This document shows positions 11,228-23,770 of a stretch of DNA of 64,000 bases, one piece after another (the first letter of the stretch is position 1; every line of letters starts with the position of its first letter). The DNA lies in contig JAQFVV010000002.1 in NCBI GenBank assembly GCA_028023455.1, positions 32,116,001-32,180,000 of the forward strand, in the 5' to 3' direction. Source of the DNA: Epiperipatus broadwayi (taxonomy: Eukaryota > Animalia > Onychophora). The notes beneath the pieces are model-generated. The model was not told the DNA's origin. It ran no database searches and saw nothing but the letters and a program-made list of their open reading frames with translations. The position numbers and the translations under genes are program-made.

Positions 11228-13490
11228 AAAGGCAACAGTCAGTAGAAATTTCATATACTTATCTATGAGGTTCCTACTGATTTCTCCACTTTTTCCTAAG
11301 AGCAAGGTTGGTTAGTGGTTTTCATACATTATGTATAGTCACACTAGGTTTTGCTATTGTTATGTGAGCAACTTCTTTAAATTTTCTTTTTTATACCTTT
11401 TCTTCTCTATCCAATATTTTTGTATTTTTCCAATTGAACATTATTAGCACATATATAGTCTGCTACCTTAGACACATTTGTTTTCTCTCTTCTAATCATC
11501 AGTTTGTGTTCTTGCAAGCACTTTTCAATGGAATGACTGGTCTCACCAATATATGTTCTTCCACATTCACATGGTATTTCATAGATGCAGTTTTTTTCTT
11601 TTCAGCATTTCAAGTTTAGGCTTTGTAGATGTTCAAATTTCCTCATAGTGTGGTATGGCTCTGGAAAGCTGTTCTGACATTATACTAATTGCAGATTTCC
11701 CTTGTCTACCTTTTTTGGAATGTATGGGTACACTACACTACCAATAATTGTTTTTTCTTTTGATGGTTCTGCTGATGGCTAACCATTTTTTATAAGAGTT
11801 TGTTCTATATAGATCTTTTCTTTTTCCAAATTGCTGGTTTCTAACACACTTATTTTGCTCTGTTCCATAGTGATAGTACAACTCCATGTTGCATGTTTCT
11901 GGTGTAAGTAGATGTATACGCTAGGTATTTTCCTGTATGTGTGTGCATTTTCAGTACTGCAGAATGATTTTTGCCATGAAGAAGCCTTATCACAAGAACA
12001 TCTAAGAATGCCAATTTTTTTTGTTCTGATTCTACTATGAATTTAATTGGGATGTTGTTGATGTGTTTCTAGAAAGATTGTAGCAGTGCTTCACCATGTG
12101 GCCACACAACAAATGTATCATATACATAGTGAAACCAAAATTTAGGTGGAGTTTTTATGGCTGAAGTTTCAAGTTCTTCCATGTAAATATTGTTAATCAG
12201 GGTGGCAATGGTGATCCCATAGACATTCCTTGACTTTGTTGAAAAAATTCTGTGTTATATTGAAAGTGGGAAATTTTTATGCAGAATGTTAATAGTTTTA
12301 TTATACTATCAATAAGAAGAGCTGTTCTGGTTTGTAAACTATTATCTTTTCCTTACAATAGACAATGCTTTTTCACATGGTACATTTGTGAATAAACTTT
12401 CCACATCAGAGCTTACTAGTAAGACAGCTCTTTCAATTTTCATGTTGTTGATTAATTCTACTAAGTGTCTAGAATCCCTGACAAAGGACTAGGTCTTGTA
12501 TGACAAAGGACTTTGAGAAGAAATCTAAAAAAATTTTGACAAGGTGAATTTCTAAAACTAACAATAGATCTTAATGGAACATGATCCTTATGGATTTTAG
12601 ATAGACTATGCTGAAATATGTGTTATTTTACTTTTTTCTGAATCAGTATTTGAAACTTTGTTTCTGTACTCAGTATTGGATTTTTTATCACTTTTCTATA
12701 TTGACCTGCTGTGAGGAGTTATTATATTTTGTTGTCATAATCAGTTGTATCTATTACAACTGTTACAATGCCTTGGTTAGCAGGGAGAATAATTATAGAT
12801 TTATTTACTTTGAGAGATTTAATTGCTTTCCTCTCACAGTAGGATATATTGATTTCAGTTTTAGATAGAGAAGGGATACAAAAGAAGAAAATTTAAAGAA
12901 GCTGTTCACTTGACAATGGCAAACAATCCCATAAGCCAATGTAGTGTGATTATATATAATACATGAAAACCACTAATCAGCTTAGCTCTTAGGAAAAAGT
13001 GGAGAAATCAGGAGGAATTTCATAGATAAGTATATGAAATTTCTACTGATTGTTGCCTTTAACAGGATGGCTCAGATGATTAGAGCATTACCATAAAATT
13101 CAATACTCAAGAATCTAAAGGCTCAGGTTCAAATCTCATGCTAGTACTGTCATTGGACAGGCCAGCAATCCCTGAAAAAGAGGGAGAATAATACTTCTCA
13201 AAATGTTGTGCATATACGAACCTATTTGATGTGCTATTATTAACAATTGAAGACCCTCATACTTATATTAGATGTTGGAAATAATGCAATATAAAAATAC
13301 AACTAAAACACAATCATCATAAACCTTCAGGAAAACATTTGAAATGCATGTTTAATAGGATGAAGTATGCTGGTATCTACAAAGTGCTAACAACAATGAT
13401 GTTTTACCAGTACTTGAAGCTAAGTTCAGTTATGTGAAAAACCCCAGCAGAATTATTAATGAAATACCAAGTAAGGATGCATATTACTGT

Positions 13491-13613
13491 TATCATTCCA
13501 GAAGAGGTTAAAAAGAGGGAAGTAAATTGATGTATCATTCCAGAAGAGGTTAAAAAGAGGGAAGTAAATTGATGTATCATTCCAGAAGAGGTTAAAAAGA
13601 GGGAAGTAAATTG
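13491..13613 (+). repeat. 42-bp tandem repeat x3, probably within a PLE GIY-YIG-like remnant
   Basis: tatcattccagaagaggttaaaaagagggaagtaaattgatg starts at 13491, 13533 and 13575; upstream translation INEIPSKDAYY resembles IYEIPCKDC. Confidence 0.9.
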
Positions 13614-14970
13614 TGAAAACATCAAATTTAACTTGGGACAGACCATCTTAATTAAAGATATTTAAAAGAAGTATACCCTGGGGAAATGAGCTATCTACCC
13701 AAATATGGAAAATAAAACTGGAGGATAATTGAATTGGAAGATCGCATTTAATCACATAAAAGAATGCTAAATTAAACTGATAGAAGATAAAAATCATAAT
13801 GTAGATTCCAGTACTATTCGAATAAAAACATTAAAATGGATGCATCTGCCAATACCGAAATAGATGTATATGATAATCATGCAATTCAAGAAGTACCCAT
13901 TGAACTAAATGGTGAAATTCAGCTAGAACAAGAAGATACAATGGAACAGGAAAAAGAAAATCAACTTCATGGAGACCTACCAGAGAAAGACATATACTAA
14001 AGAAGCTGAAAGTTTATTTTTTGTGAAAAGGAATTATTTCTAGAATGGAGGGGAAGTATTTCTGTGTATTGACTAGTTTGTTTATTCAATAAAGATATAT
14101 GTGTGTGTGCGTGGATGGTCAATGCAGGCAGTGTAATGATACTGGAAATAATATACAGAAAGTATAATTAAGCAGCCTGTAATTTACATATTCTAATTTG
14201 CATAACAAATTGTTTAACAATATGCAAATTAGCAGAGTTGTTAAAATGCCTGGAAAGCTAATGAGGGCAGAAAAAAACAAATTAGTGAAACTAATAGAGC
14301 AGAATAAAAGCAGTTTAATGAGTGCAATGCATGTGTAGCTGCAGGCCAGATAGTTCAGAAGAGATACAATCAAATCTAATTGGGCTGATTCAGAGATGTG
14401 GGTGAGCACAAAAGTTCTTACTAAAATTGCTAATGAGAACTAACATATAAAGCTACAGTGTTAAAATGATAACTTTTAATAAAGCATGGAAATGGAGTCT
14501 AACTGCATATATGAACTATTCAGTCATTAATATTATTTATTGTGAAGTTCAACCAGTCAGTAACCAGCTGAACATACTAATCTATTACTAACTTGTACAT
14601 TGATCTGAATAAATAAATGTTATTTTAAAGCCATTGTGTATGTTCAATTTAAAGTATAATTATTAAGTATATGACTGCTCAGATTATTAAAGCCTGGTCC
14701 TGTACATATTAGATACATATAATATCTGAAGCTATTACATAGCCTGCTCCCTATAAAATTTATAGGAATAAAAAAAACACTTCATAAGTATTATCAAGTA
14801 TTACATACAATCTTATAAGCAGTTAGTTAAAAAATTAAGTGATATTTAATTATTGATAAAACTTCAGAACTATTCTGTGAAGCAGACATATTTTAAAAGG
14901 TTGTGGATTCAATTCACCACCAATTTTTATCACATTGGAGTGAGCATGAGAATTACAAAAGTTTCTAACA

Positions 14971-15845
14971 TAACAATAATCATCATCATCAATCCACTGC
15001 AGGATGAAAGCCTCTCCAAGTTCAATCCATCTCCCCTGATCTCTAGTCTCTCTTCTCCACATCATCCCAGCATACTTTATTATTTTAACCATCTATCTTA
15101 AATGTGATCTCTTACTGAGTCTTTTACAATCTTGTCCATCTATTATCATCTCTTCTATCAATATGTCCAGCCCAACTCGACTACAGTCTTTTAATACTTT
15201 CAATGATATCAGTAACACCTGTTTGTTCTCTTACCCATATATTGCATTTTCGATCTTTTCTTGTTACTCCGAACATGCATCTCTCCATACTTGATCTGAC
15301 ATCTCCGTATTGCTCTTCTATTAAGAGTCCAAGTCTCAGATCCATAAGTAAAAACTGGTAAAACACATTTATTAAAAACCTTTCCTTTGAAACAGACATA
15401 TTTCTTTTTAATATTATTTCTACCAAAAGCACTCCAACCAAGTTTAATTCTATGATTAATTTCATCCATTATATTTCTATCTGTAGTAATAATCTGACCA
15501 AGTGGTTTGTAGTTGTTAACTTCTTTTAACTCATCATAATTAATCTTTATTTTCATTTATCCATTGAACATTAATTTAGTCTTTTTAACATTTACCTTTA
15601 ATCCTATTTTCTTATTTTCATCTGATAACTTATATTTCTATCTGTAGTAATAATCTGACCAAGTGGTTTGTAGTTGTTAACTTCTTTTAACTCATCATAA
15701 TTAATCTTTATTTTCATTTATCCATTGAACATTAATTTAGTTTTTTTAACATTTACCTTTAATCCTATTTTCTTATTTTCATCTGATAACTCTTGCAGCA
15801 TTTCCTGAAAATCTGAAGCATTATTTGCAAAAACAACTACATCAT
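14971..15845 (-). mobile_element. RTE-clade LINE 3' fragment with a 161-bp internal tandem duplication
   Basis: HRIKLGWSAFGRN, VLPVFTYGSETWTL, CAGTGGATTGATGATGAT tail; 15470-15630 is repeated at 15631-15791; same family as 29510-32050. Confidence 0.9.
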
Positions 15846-16126
15846 GTTAAATCCCTGCCTCCTGCATGTTTTAGATGATTCTATAAATGAAATAAAATAA
15901 GTAAACCATTTTAAAATCATTGGCAAAGCTACAATTTTTCTCAGTACAATGCGAACTAAAGTGAACCTTCCAAAACGTCTGAGCGTATTTAATATTATAA
16001 AAATTATGACAGTTTTGAAATATTGATACAGCATACATGGGAACAGTAGAATAAATTAGGTATAATTAAAAGACAGCTAACTTAAAGGCAATTAAAATCA
16101 AAGCTAAGAGCTATGTATCGGAGGTT

Positions 16127-16685
16127 TGTTGATTGAAACCTGCTAGATAAACATCGACTGATAAAATAAATAATGTAACAACTTGAAACTCAACATAATG
16201 AATTTATTCACTTGTGATAAAATAAATAAAATAAGAATATAATTACTGAGTCAACTTTACTCTTGAAAGTGATTAATCGTAAATGGTCATGGGGAAACAG
16301 ATGGTCCAGACGCTGTAGCAATAACATAAGCGTATATCTCTAAGTTTCCATTAACTAGATATCTTCATACATAAATATGACATCTCCTTTAATCAGTCTT
16401 TATTATCGCATACTAATTTTACAAATATCAGCATTGCAATCATACACACACAGCTTACTTAATCCTATACTTAGTTCTCTCTGCTAAGCCTTTTTTTTTT
16501 TCAAGCTAGCTTCTATTTTCCTTCAGTTCTTAAATAAATAGTGACATATTAGCATATCTTAACTTCAATAACTATTCAAATCTCAATACTATATGATAAA
16601 TTTCTAGAGTGTATCTTAATATAGACATCATAATAATAATATAACGTCTACAAACATATATACAATTTCAATAACTTTATTTACA
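16127..16685 (-). repeat. 3' LTR of the Gypsy element
   Basis: Colinear match with 23218-23770 (e.g. gaaacctgctag...ataaaataaat...acaacttgaaa...atttattcacttgt...acaatttcaataa). Confidence 0.75.
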
Positions 16686-17692
16686 AATATATAAATATTT
16701 GTAGTTATTCACACAGACAATCCACATGTCTTCACTCTAGAAAATAATCTTTCAGTTTCTTGGGTCTCTTATGATTTCTCATATATCTAAACAGAATCAC
16801 AGATCTTTCTTCATTGGGATCAGCAATTATATCCGCTTAATCCAGTTATCCGCTTAATCCAGTCTTCTTGATGAAAAAACATTCTCTCATTCTGATGAAT
16901 GATTATGTGATTATTCATTTTACCAGCTTGACTGTTAGTGTGCATTTTTGATCTGCTGCATAAATATCTGTGCACTCCTTATTTTCACTAGATTCAAAGT
17001 TTTGTACTGGCTAATGAAAGTTCGCTGTTAACTACATTTGACATATTAATCTGATGAGACCATACATGATTAAGATGTCCCATCATAAGTAATTCATTCT
17101 CTAATTTGATTACTCTAATAACTTTAGATACTAATTCAATTATGATACAAGGATGTCAGTTCCTCTTTAACATATCTCTGGCCCAAATTTGTTCATCAAT
17201 TTAAAATTTTTCAAAGTCCACTTTGGAATTATCCCTCATCTAAAATGGTTTTTACTAGTTATCTGCTGGCAAAAACTTTTAGAGATGAGTGCAACATTTT
17301 CATGGCAATAATAATTCTGCCAGTGTTTTCAAAGGCGATGCACTCAGTGTTGGTATAATGTAGTTTTGGTCAACACTTCTTTTATAACTTAAGACAATAT
17401 TTTCTTAAGCATCAACTTTAACTGTTGCACTGCCTTCTTGGCCAATTCATTCAATTCCAAATTAAAAGAGAAGTCAAAATATGAAGTATTTCTTTATCAT
17501 CCAAATATTTCTTAAACTCCAGAAAAACAAATCCAGTTCCATTGTTGGTCACCAAAGTTAATGGACAATCTTGACTAGGAGAGAGTTCTTGATAGGCTCT
17601 AGTTATATCTCCTGTGCTAGTGTTTGTTATGAGCTTGTACTCAGCCCACCATGAGTAAAAAGCAATGACAATTCCATCATGATCTATGTAAA

Positions 17693-18433
17693 TAAGCATT
17701 TATTTCTTTTATAGCGCTATGTCTTATAAATTGTAAAACATTAAAGATCAGCCTTTCCAAGCTATTGTGAATGCACTTTTTATGAGTGTTAATAATAAAT
17801 GAATACTTTCATTCCCAACACAAGATATAGTATTTATGAAAGAATAAAATGAATCCACTTATTCTTTCCAACCCAAATGTTTATATATGGGCAAATCTTT
17901 CATAAATACTATATCTTGGGTTGGGATCTTGCCCATATATAAGCATTTGGGTTGGAAAGAATAAGTGGATTCATTTTATTCTTTCATAAATACTATATCT
18001 TCTGTTGGGAATTAAAGTATTCATTTATTATTAACACTCATAAAAAGAGCATGCACAATAGCTTGGAAAGGCTGATCTTTAATGTATTACAATTTATAAG
18101 ACATAGCGCTATAAAAAAATAAATGCTTATTATCATATGTTTAAGTTTCATTTGAGAGTGACATTTAGTAAATTCTAGATAATTTCGTCGACGTCATTCA
18201 TTCAGACATCGTAAACAGTAATTTAAAGTGAGTGGTCTATCCTCACGCTTTCATTTCCAGTACTTAAGATTTGCCTATATATAAGAATTTGGGTTGGAAA
18301 GAATAAGTGGATTCATTTTATTCTTTCATAAATACTATATCTTGTGTTGGGAATGAAAGTATTCATTTATTATTAACACTTGTAAAAAGTGCATGCACAA
18401 TAGCTTGGAAAGGCTGATCTTTAATGTATCATT
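17693..18433. mobile_element. Unclassified fold-back insertion (hairpin plus a third arm copy) with an 11-bp TSD, inside Gypsy integrase
   Basis: 17693-18129 is a palindrome with arms of about 200 bp; a third arm copy lies at about 18270-18428. TSD atctatgtaaa (17682-17692) / atctatataaa (18434-18444) duplicates the integrase (V)YID codons. Confidence 0.8.
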
Positions 18434-20939
18434 ATCTATATAAACTTTCTGCCATGAATTTTTTGCCTCTACCCAAGATTCTAATGTCTTTTTGGCCATC
18501 TGCTATCAACTGGCATTCATAGCAATTTTTTATAGTGTGCTTGATTTCGTAATTCAAATTAGAAAATCAAACATAAGATATTGCCAAGACTTTCATGCAC
18601 ACATAGCAATAAGAGCATCTTACTATAGTCCTCAGTTGGTATGAGTATGCAGTCATCAGAATGCAACCCTTGCATATAGATAGACTTCCTTGAGCATTCC
18701 AGGTCAGCCTTGCAATAGTTTGGCCGACATTTTGGTTATCCCAGTCTAATCCAATTTTTCAAACTTTGTACCATGGTTCTTATTGATCCCTTTGGCAATC
18801 TTAGTGCTGTTCAAAATTTCTGAATTCTTGCTATCAATAAAGTTTACTTTCGTAAACTTCCGCTGCACTTTACAGATATCTAGTAAATGTGGCAAAGCAC
18901 CAGTGTAATCAATCTTCTTATCAGACTTATAAACTAGTGCATAATCATAGGAAGCTAATAAATTAATAATCCACTGGATTAGTCTCTGGATGGCATGTTC
19001 TGGGGTTTTCTTATTTGGACTGAAATACAATGATCCATATATAACACAATTTTTCATCCATATTGTGATGAAACTTTTTCAATGTGAAGATAATAGCCAG
19101 AGTCAAACTGATAACTCTATTCAGCAATTGTCAAAATCCTCAAGGCATATGCAATCAGAAGTTCACCTCCAAAACAGTAATGTATGATGACAGCTCCAAC
19201 TCTGAATTGGTGGTTATAATCACTTCCTGATTGCAGCAGTAATGTACAAGGAGTTCATTAGATATTGATAAATCTTACTTTCTGAAGTGCTAAATTGCAT
19301 TCCACTCTTCCTCTCTAACACTGTCCTTTCCACACTAACTCATATAAAGATGTAACGCGTGATTTCCCTCTAAGAAAACTCAAAGAAATTAAGTAATTCT
19401 AAAAACCTTGCAAATCTTTTACATTCCTAGGCTTTGCAGTAATTTTTATACCTCTAACTTTCTCTGGATTAAGAGATTTTCCATTTTGTGTAATAACATA
19501 ACTGAGAAACTTTATCTGTGAGGTGTCCCACATACATTTCATGGGATTCAGCCTAGCTCTCACTTTGTCCAATTTTGAATATACTTCCATGACATTATTT
19601 CTAAATCATGCTCAGTCTGGGTAATAATAAGTATGTCATTCAGATATGGGCTAACTCTCTTCAAGCCTTGGAACAAATCAACCATTTTGGCTTGGAAGAT
19701 GTTTGGGGCAACTGTGATCCCATAAGATATCTTATACTTATAATGCCCTACATAAGTGCTAATGTGAGCAATTCTGCTGCTCTTTCCATAACAGGTATTT
19801 GGTGGTAGATGGACTTTAAATCAATCATCAAAAATTAGGCTTTCTGAAGTGATGCCAGAATTTCATGCCCTCTTGACACAGTATATGCTCCTTTGTTGAT
19901 GTATTTATTGTTACATGATAATACCCACAAAGACAAATAAACCTTTCTGGTTTCATTATTATTTATCACCAGTGTAGGCCATGAATGAATCTTCTTCAAG
20001 AGACAACATACCTATAGAAGCCATGACCTTAATTGTCTCAACTTTTGGTTTTAAGGCAAAAGAGATCATTTGTGGTAGAGACATAAACTAGTTTCTACCC
20101 AGTAAAAGGCTTATATTCTATAATGTTCTTTTCATTGAATCCAATTAAATTATATACTCTCCTTTTCTTTTTAAAAAACTTTTATTTTTTCTTAACCATA
20201 TGTACAGTCACATTTATAACACCCAACATGTTGATACTTTTTTTTATGTAGTCATTTTCAAGGATCTATAAAATTACATATGTATATCATTGTTACTACA
20301 AATAAAATTAATATATAAAACTGTATATACCCTTATCACAAAAATAACATTTTCCTTTCATCTATCAATAAATCTTTTTACAGATGTATTACCTTACATA
20401 ATCTACACTTACTTACTTGTTTTTTCTCTCCAAACTTTTTTCTTTTTACATACTAATGTCTTTATATATATAAAAATATCAATATTTTTTTGTCCTTTTT
20501 ATACTCTTAACCAATTACTTTAAAAACAATATCATTTTTAAATTTGCTTTTATTTTAATCTATCTTTTATATAATTCATCCTATTTAAGACAGGCTTTTC
20601 TCTCTTTATATATAAACTTTCTTTTATCATCCTTTCTTTATATAATTTTACTAATATTCTTATCTTAAAATTTATATGTCCAAATTCTTTACTATGTATA
20701 TTAACATTTGCATTTCTATCACTCAAATGTTGTTTTAACCTTATCCTTAATTTATCCTTTGTTGTACCTATATATGATAATTCCTATTATATCTTTAACA
20801 ACTTAAACACTCAATCCTATAAATTCCATACATTCCTATTTTTTAAACAGTGAGGATTGCCAATTCCTCAACAAGCTTTGTGTTAAATGCTTAGCCAGAG
20901 AGAGCATTTAAAATAACTGTCAGGAACCCCACCCCCAAA

Positions 20940-20980
20940 CCTCTGACCATGGTTTCATGCTTTGGCACTCCTCAGAGGGA
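20940..20980 (-). ncRNA. Minimal type I hammerhead ribozyme motif (core intact)
   Basis: Minus strand: tccct-CTGAGGA-GTGC caaa GCAT-GAAA-CCATGG-TC|AGAGG. Palindromic stem III ACCATGGT; predicted cleavage between 20945 and 20944. Confidence 0.75.
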
Positions 20981-21051
20981 TGCCAGGGTAGGTTCAGACA
21001 CTAGATCTAAACATACCAACTCAAAGCCAACATTTAAAACCTACACTGACA

Positions 21052-21092
21052 CCCCTCTGAGGAGTGCCAAAGCACAAAACCATGGTCAGAGG
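21052..21092 (+). ncRNA. Minimal type I hammerhead motif with a G12-to-A inactivating change
   Basis: cccct-CTGAGGA(21057-63)-GTGC caaa GCAC-AAAA-CCATGG-TC|AGAGG. Confidence 0.7.
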
Positions 21093-23217
21093 TTGGAGGG
21101 AGGTTCCTAACAGATATTTTAAATGCTCTCTCTGGCTAAGCATTTAACACAAAGCTTGTTGAGGAATTGGCAATCCTCACTGTTTATAACTTACAAGCTT
21201 AAGAGAATAGGGTCATGTGATCTATGACTCTTATTTTGACTATTTATTCCTATTTTTTGTTTCTTTTATCACATTTTCTAAATTAAATTTCTTTTTGAAG
21301 ACAAGTTTCAGAAATAAATTACATTCCTTTCTATAATTTATTATCCTTCATAATCTTTTTAATTTAAAAAAAAAAATTGAATACCTTATAAGTGCTATAT
21401 ATATTCTACTTATCTTTCTTTTTATTAAAATTCCTTTTTATTTTTTCACTATTTTTCTATCCACATAATTTATTAATAATTTTATTTGGATAATCATTTT
21501 TCATTGCCTCTTATCTTATCTATTTATTTCTTAAATAACTTTTCCCCTGAACACAAATTTATTCCTTTAATTACTCTATTATTAACAATATTTATTTTAT
21601 GTACATATTCTATATCTGATTTCCAATTACTTAATAACCCATAAAAAGTACTTTTCCTAAATATACTTGTCTCAATATTTACCCTATAATTCCTTAGGAT
21701 CTTTTTAATGTTAACATCCATGTAATTGAATTATTTATTTATTTTTCCATTGATTCGTTGTAAATCGAAAGATTTCATGAGTATTAATGTGTAATAAGAA
21801 ATGTGGACTTAATCAGTGAAGAATTGAATAGCTTCACGCTCTCAGATCTAATTGCTCCAGCTTCACCTATTTATATAGAAAGTAGGTTGAGTAAAAAGTT
21901 TCCCTTCTTTTCTTCCAAAATGTAAGCTTGTGGTTAAGACCTATAGAGGTCCCTATTATCACATTTTACGTGCATATTCTTGAGGTTACAGCCTTAGTAA
22001 ATATTACTTATTTCTCCATTGTAAATTTAATATTTTCATCAATCAAATTAATATATTCTGATTTCCTATAAAATATTCTGATCTTCACCATAAACATGGG
22101 TAGAAATTTAATCATGGTATTAAATTTTATAGATACCATCACATTATCATGTATGCCTATCTTGTTACCATTTACATCCGTAGCCAATATAAGTGTATTT
22201 TCCAACTTCTGCTTGTTTTTATTTTTACCACAAATAATAGTCCAATCTTTTAATGATAATTCTGCATGACTTACCATATTTATTTTATTTTCATAGATGG
22301 TGACATCTAATGTAATATGACCATTGTTCGTGTCATTTACTTTCTTGATATTTTCTTTATTCCTCCATCTCCCCTTGATTTAAGGACCAGGTTTGGTTTA
22401 GGTTTGCATTTGTCTTTATGATAATAGACATGAGCAAAATGTCCTTCTATAATACAAGTGTAACACTTCTCCATTAAAAATTTTTTTTACATGGGATTTC
22501 ACACAGTAGCAATAATAGGTCAAGTTATTCTTTGTAATCTTTGAACTTGTGCTAACAGTTTGTGATTTATTCATGGAGAATCGAATTGAATCGAATTGTT
22601 CTCTATACCAGTTGAAGCTTGGAATCTGCTGTATTCTCTAACACACTCTCTTGTGCAATATATTTTCTGATTGCCAGCTTATATGACAAGTTTGTCGTAC
22701 TTTATAAAATGTTCTAAAATTACGATCTGACATTAGTCTAGCAACATGTCCTCTAGCTCAGAGGCTCAGTGCTAAATCTTAATTCCGATTCCACTCACAA
22801 GTTGATTATCTCCTCATTCAAAAATATACTGGTGCCACCTATATAGACACTACAGGCTAAAAATAAACATTCAGATTTTCTATTAAGACTTGATGTGGAA
22901 TGTCTTCAGGATTTTGAAAGTCACACAACTATTTATAACTTGTAAAATGCCTCTATGAGCAAAAACAACAGAGTAGCCACCTTAACTTTGTCATTTATAA
23001 ACATATAACATTCAATGTGTTTGATGTATGCATTCCATGTTGCAGCAATATTCACATCATGAATATTATGACTTAGCAATATTATCATTTGTGTTTACAC
23101 TATTTCACTTGCTTACACAATCAGTTCAATTCCTGCACAGGCTATATAAATTTTCATCTTGTCATTATTATCTATTAATGAAAGTTCTTTTAATTGTCTA
23201 TCTGCACCATTCTGCTT

Positions 23218-23770
23218 TGTTTAATGAAACCTGCTAGGTAAGCATCAATTGATAAAATAAATAAAGAATGAAACAACTTGAAATGCAACAAATCAATTTA
23301 TTCACTTGTAATGAAGTAAATAAAATAAAAATATAATTACTAATCAAGTTAACTTCATTCTTGAGGGTGATTAATCACAAATGATGGTGTAGGAGTAGAT
23401 TATCCCTGTGCTATATATTGTCCATATGTTTATAAGTTTTCATTAACTGGATGTTTTTATACATAAATATGATAACTTTTATCACAACTATTTTAATCAG
23501 ACCTAATCATTGGCTGACTAATTTTACTTATATCTGCATCACAAATCTATACACGTAGCTCAATTAAGTCTATACTTAGTTCTCTCTCGTAAGCTTGCAG
23601 CTAACTTCTACATCCCTTTGGTTCTTGCATAAACAGAGACTTATTATAACTTCATTAACTATTCAAATTTCAATATTATAAGCTAAATTTCTAGAGTGCA
23701 TATTGTTATAGCAGTCATAATCATAATACACTGTTTGCACACAATTACACAATTTCAATAATTTAATACA
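23218..23770 (-). repeat. 5' LTR of the Gypsy element
   Basis: Colinear match with 16127-16685; TG...CA ends. Confidence 0.75.

Larger units (their letters stand above)
10956..13300 (-). mobile_element. 5'-truncated Penelope-like element (RT + GIY-YIG, decayed) with an inverted copy of its 3' terminal repeat at the 5' end
   Basis: Minus motifs: GMSMGSP (about 12215), FHYVYDTFVVWPHGE (about 12090-12140), CIYEIPCECGRTYIGET (about 11540-11590). 11041-11413 and 12862-13251 are inverted repeats, with a further gapped match to about 10956/13300. Confidence 0.88.
20845..21245. mobile_element. Fold-back insertion with a hammerhead motif on each strand and a 13-bp TSD
   Basis: Arms 20845-20979 and 21053-21185, plus a 3' tail to 21245. 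TSD attcctatttttt at 20832-20844 and 21246-21258. Confidence 0.88.
16127..23770 (-). mobile_element. Old Ty3/Gypsy LTR retrotransposon with both LTRs and nested insertions
   Basis: Diverged direct repeats 16127-16685 and 23218-23770, both TG...CA. Minus-strand remnants in Gypsy order: gag knuckle CYTCIIEGHFAHV (about 22430-22470), protease region (22008-22277), RT LNPMKCMWDTSQIKFLSYVI (19399-19590), RNase H IQRLIQWIINLLASYDY (about 18950), integrase LTLVTNNGTGF (about 17540). No TSD, PBS or PPT convincingly seen. Confidence 0.82.
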
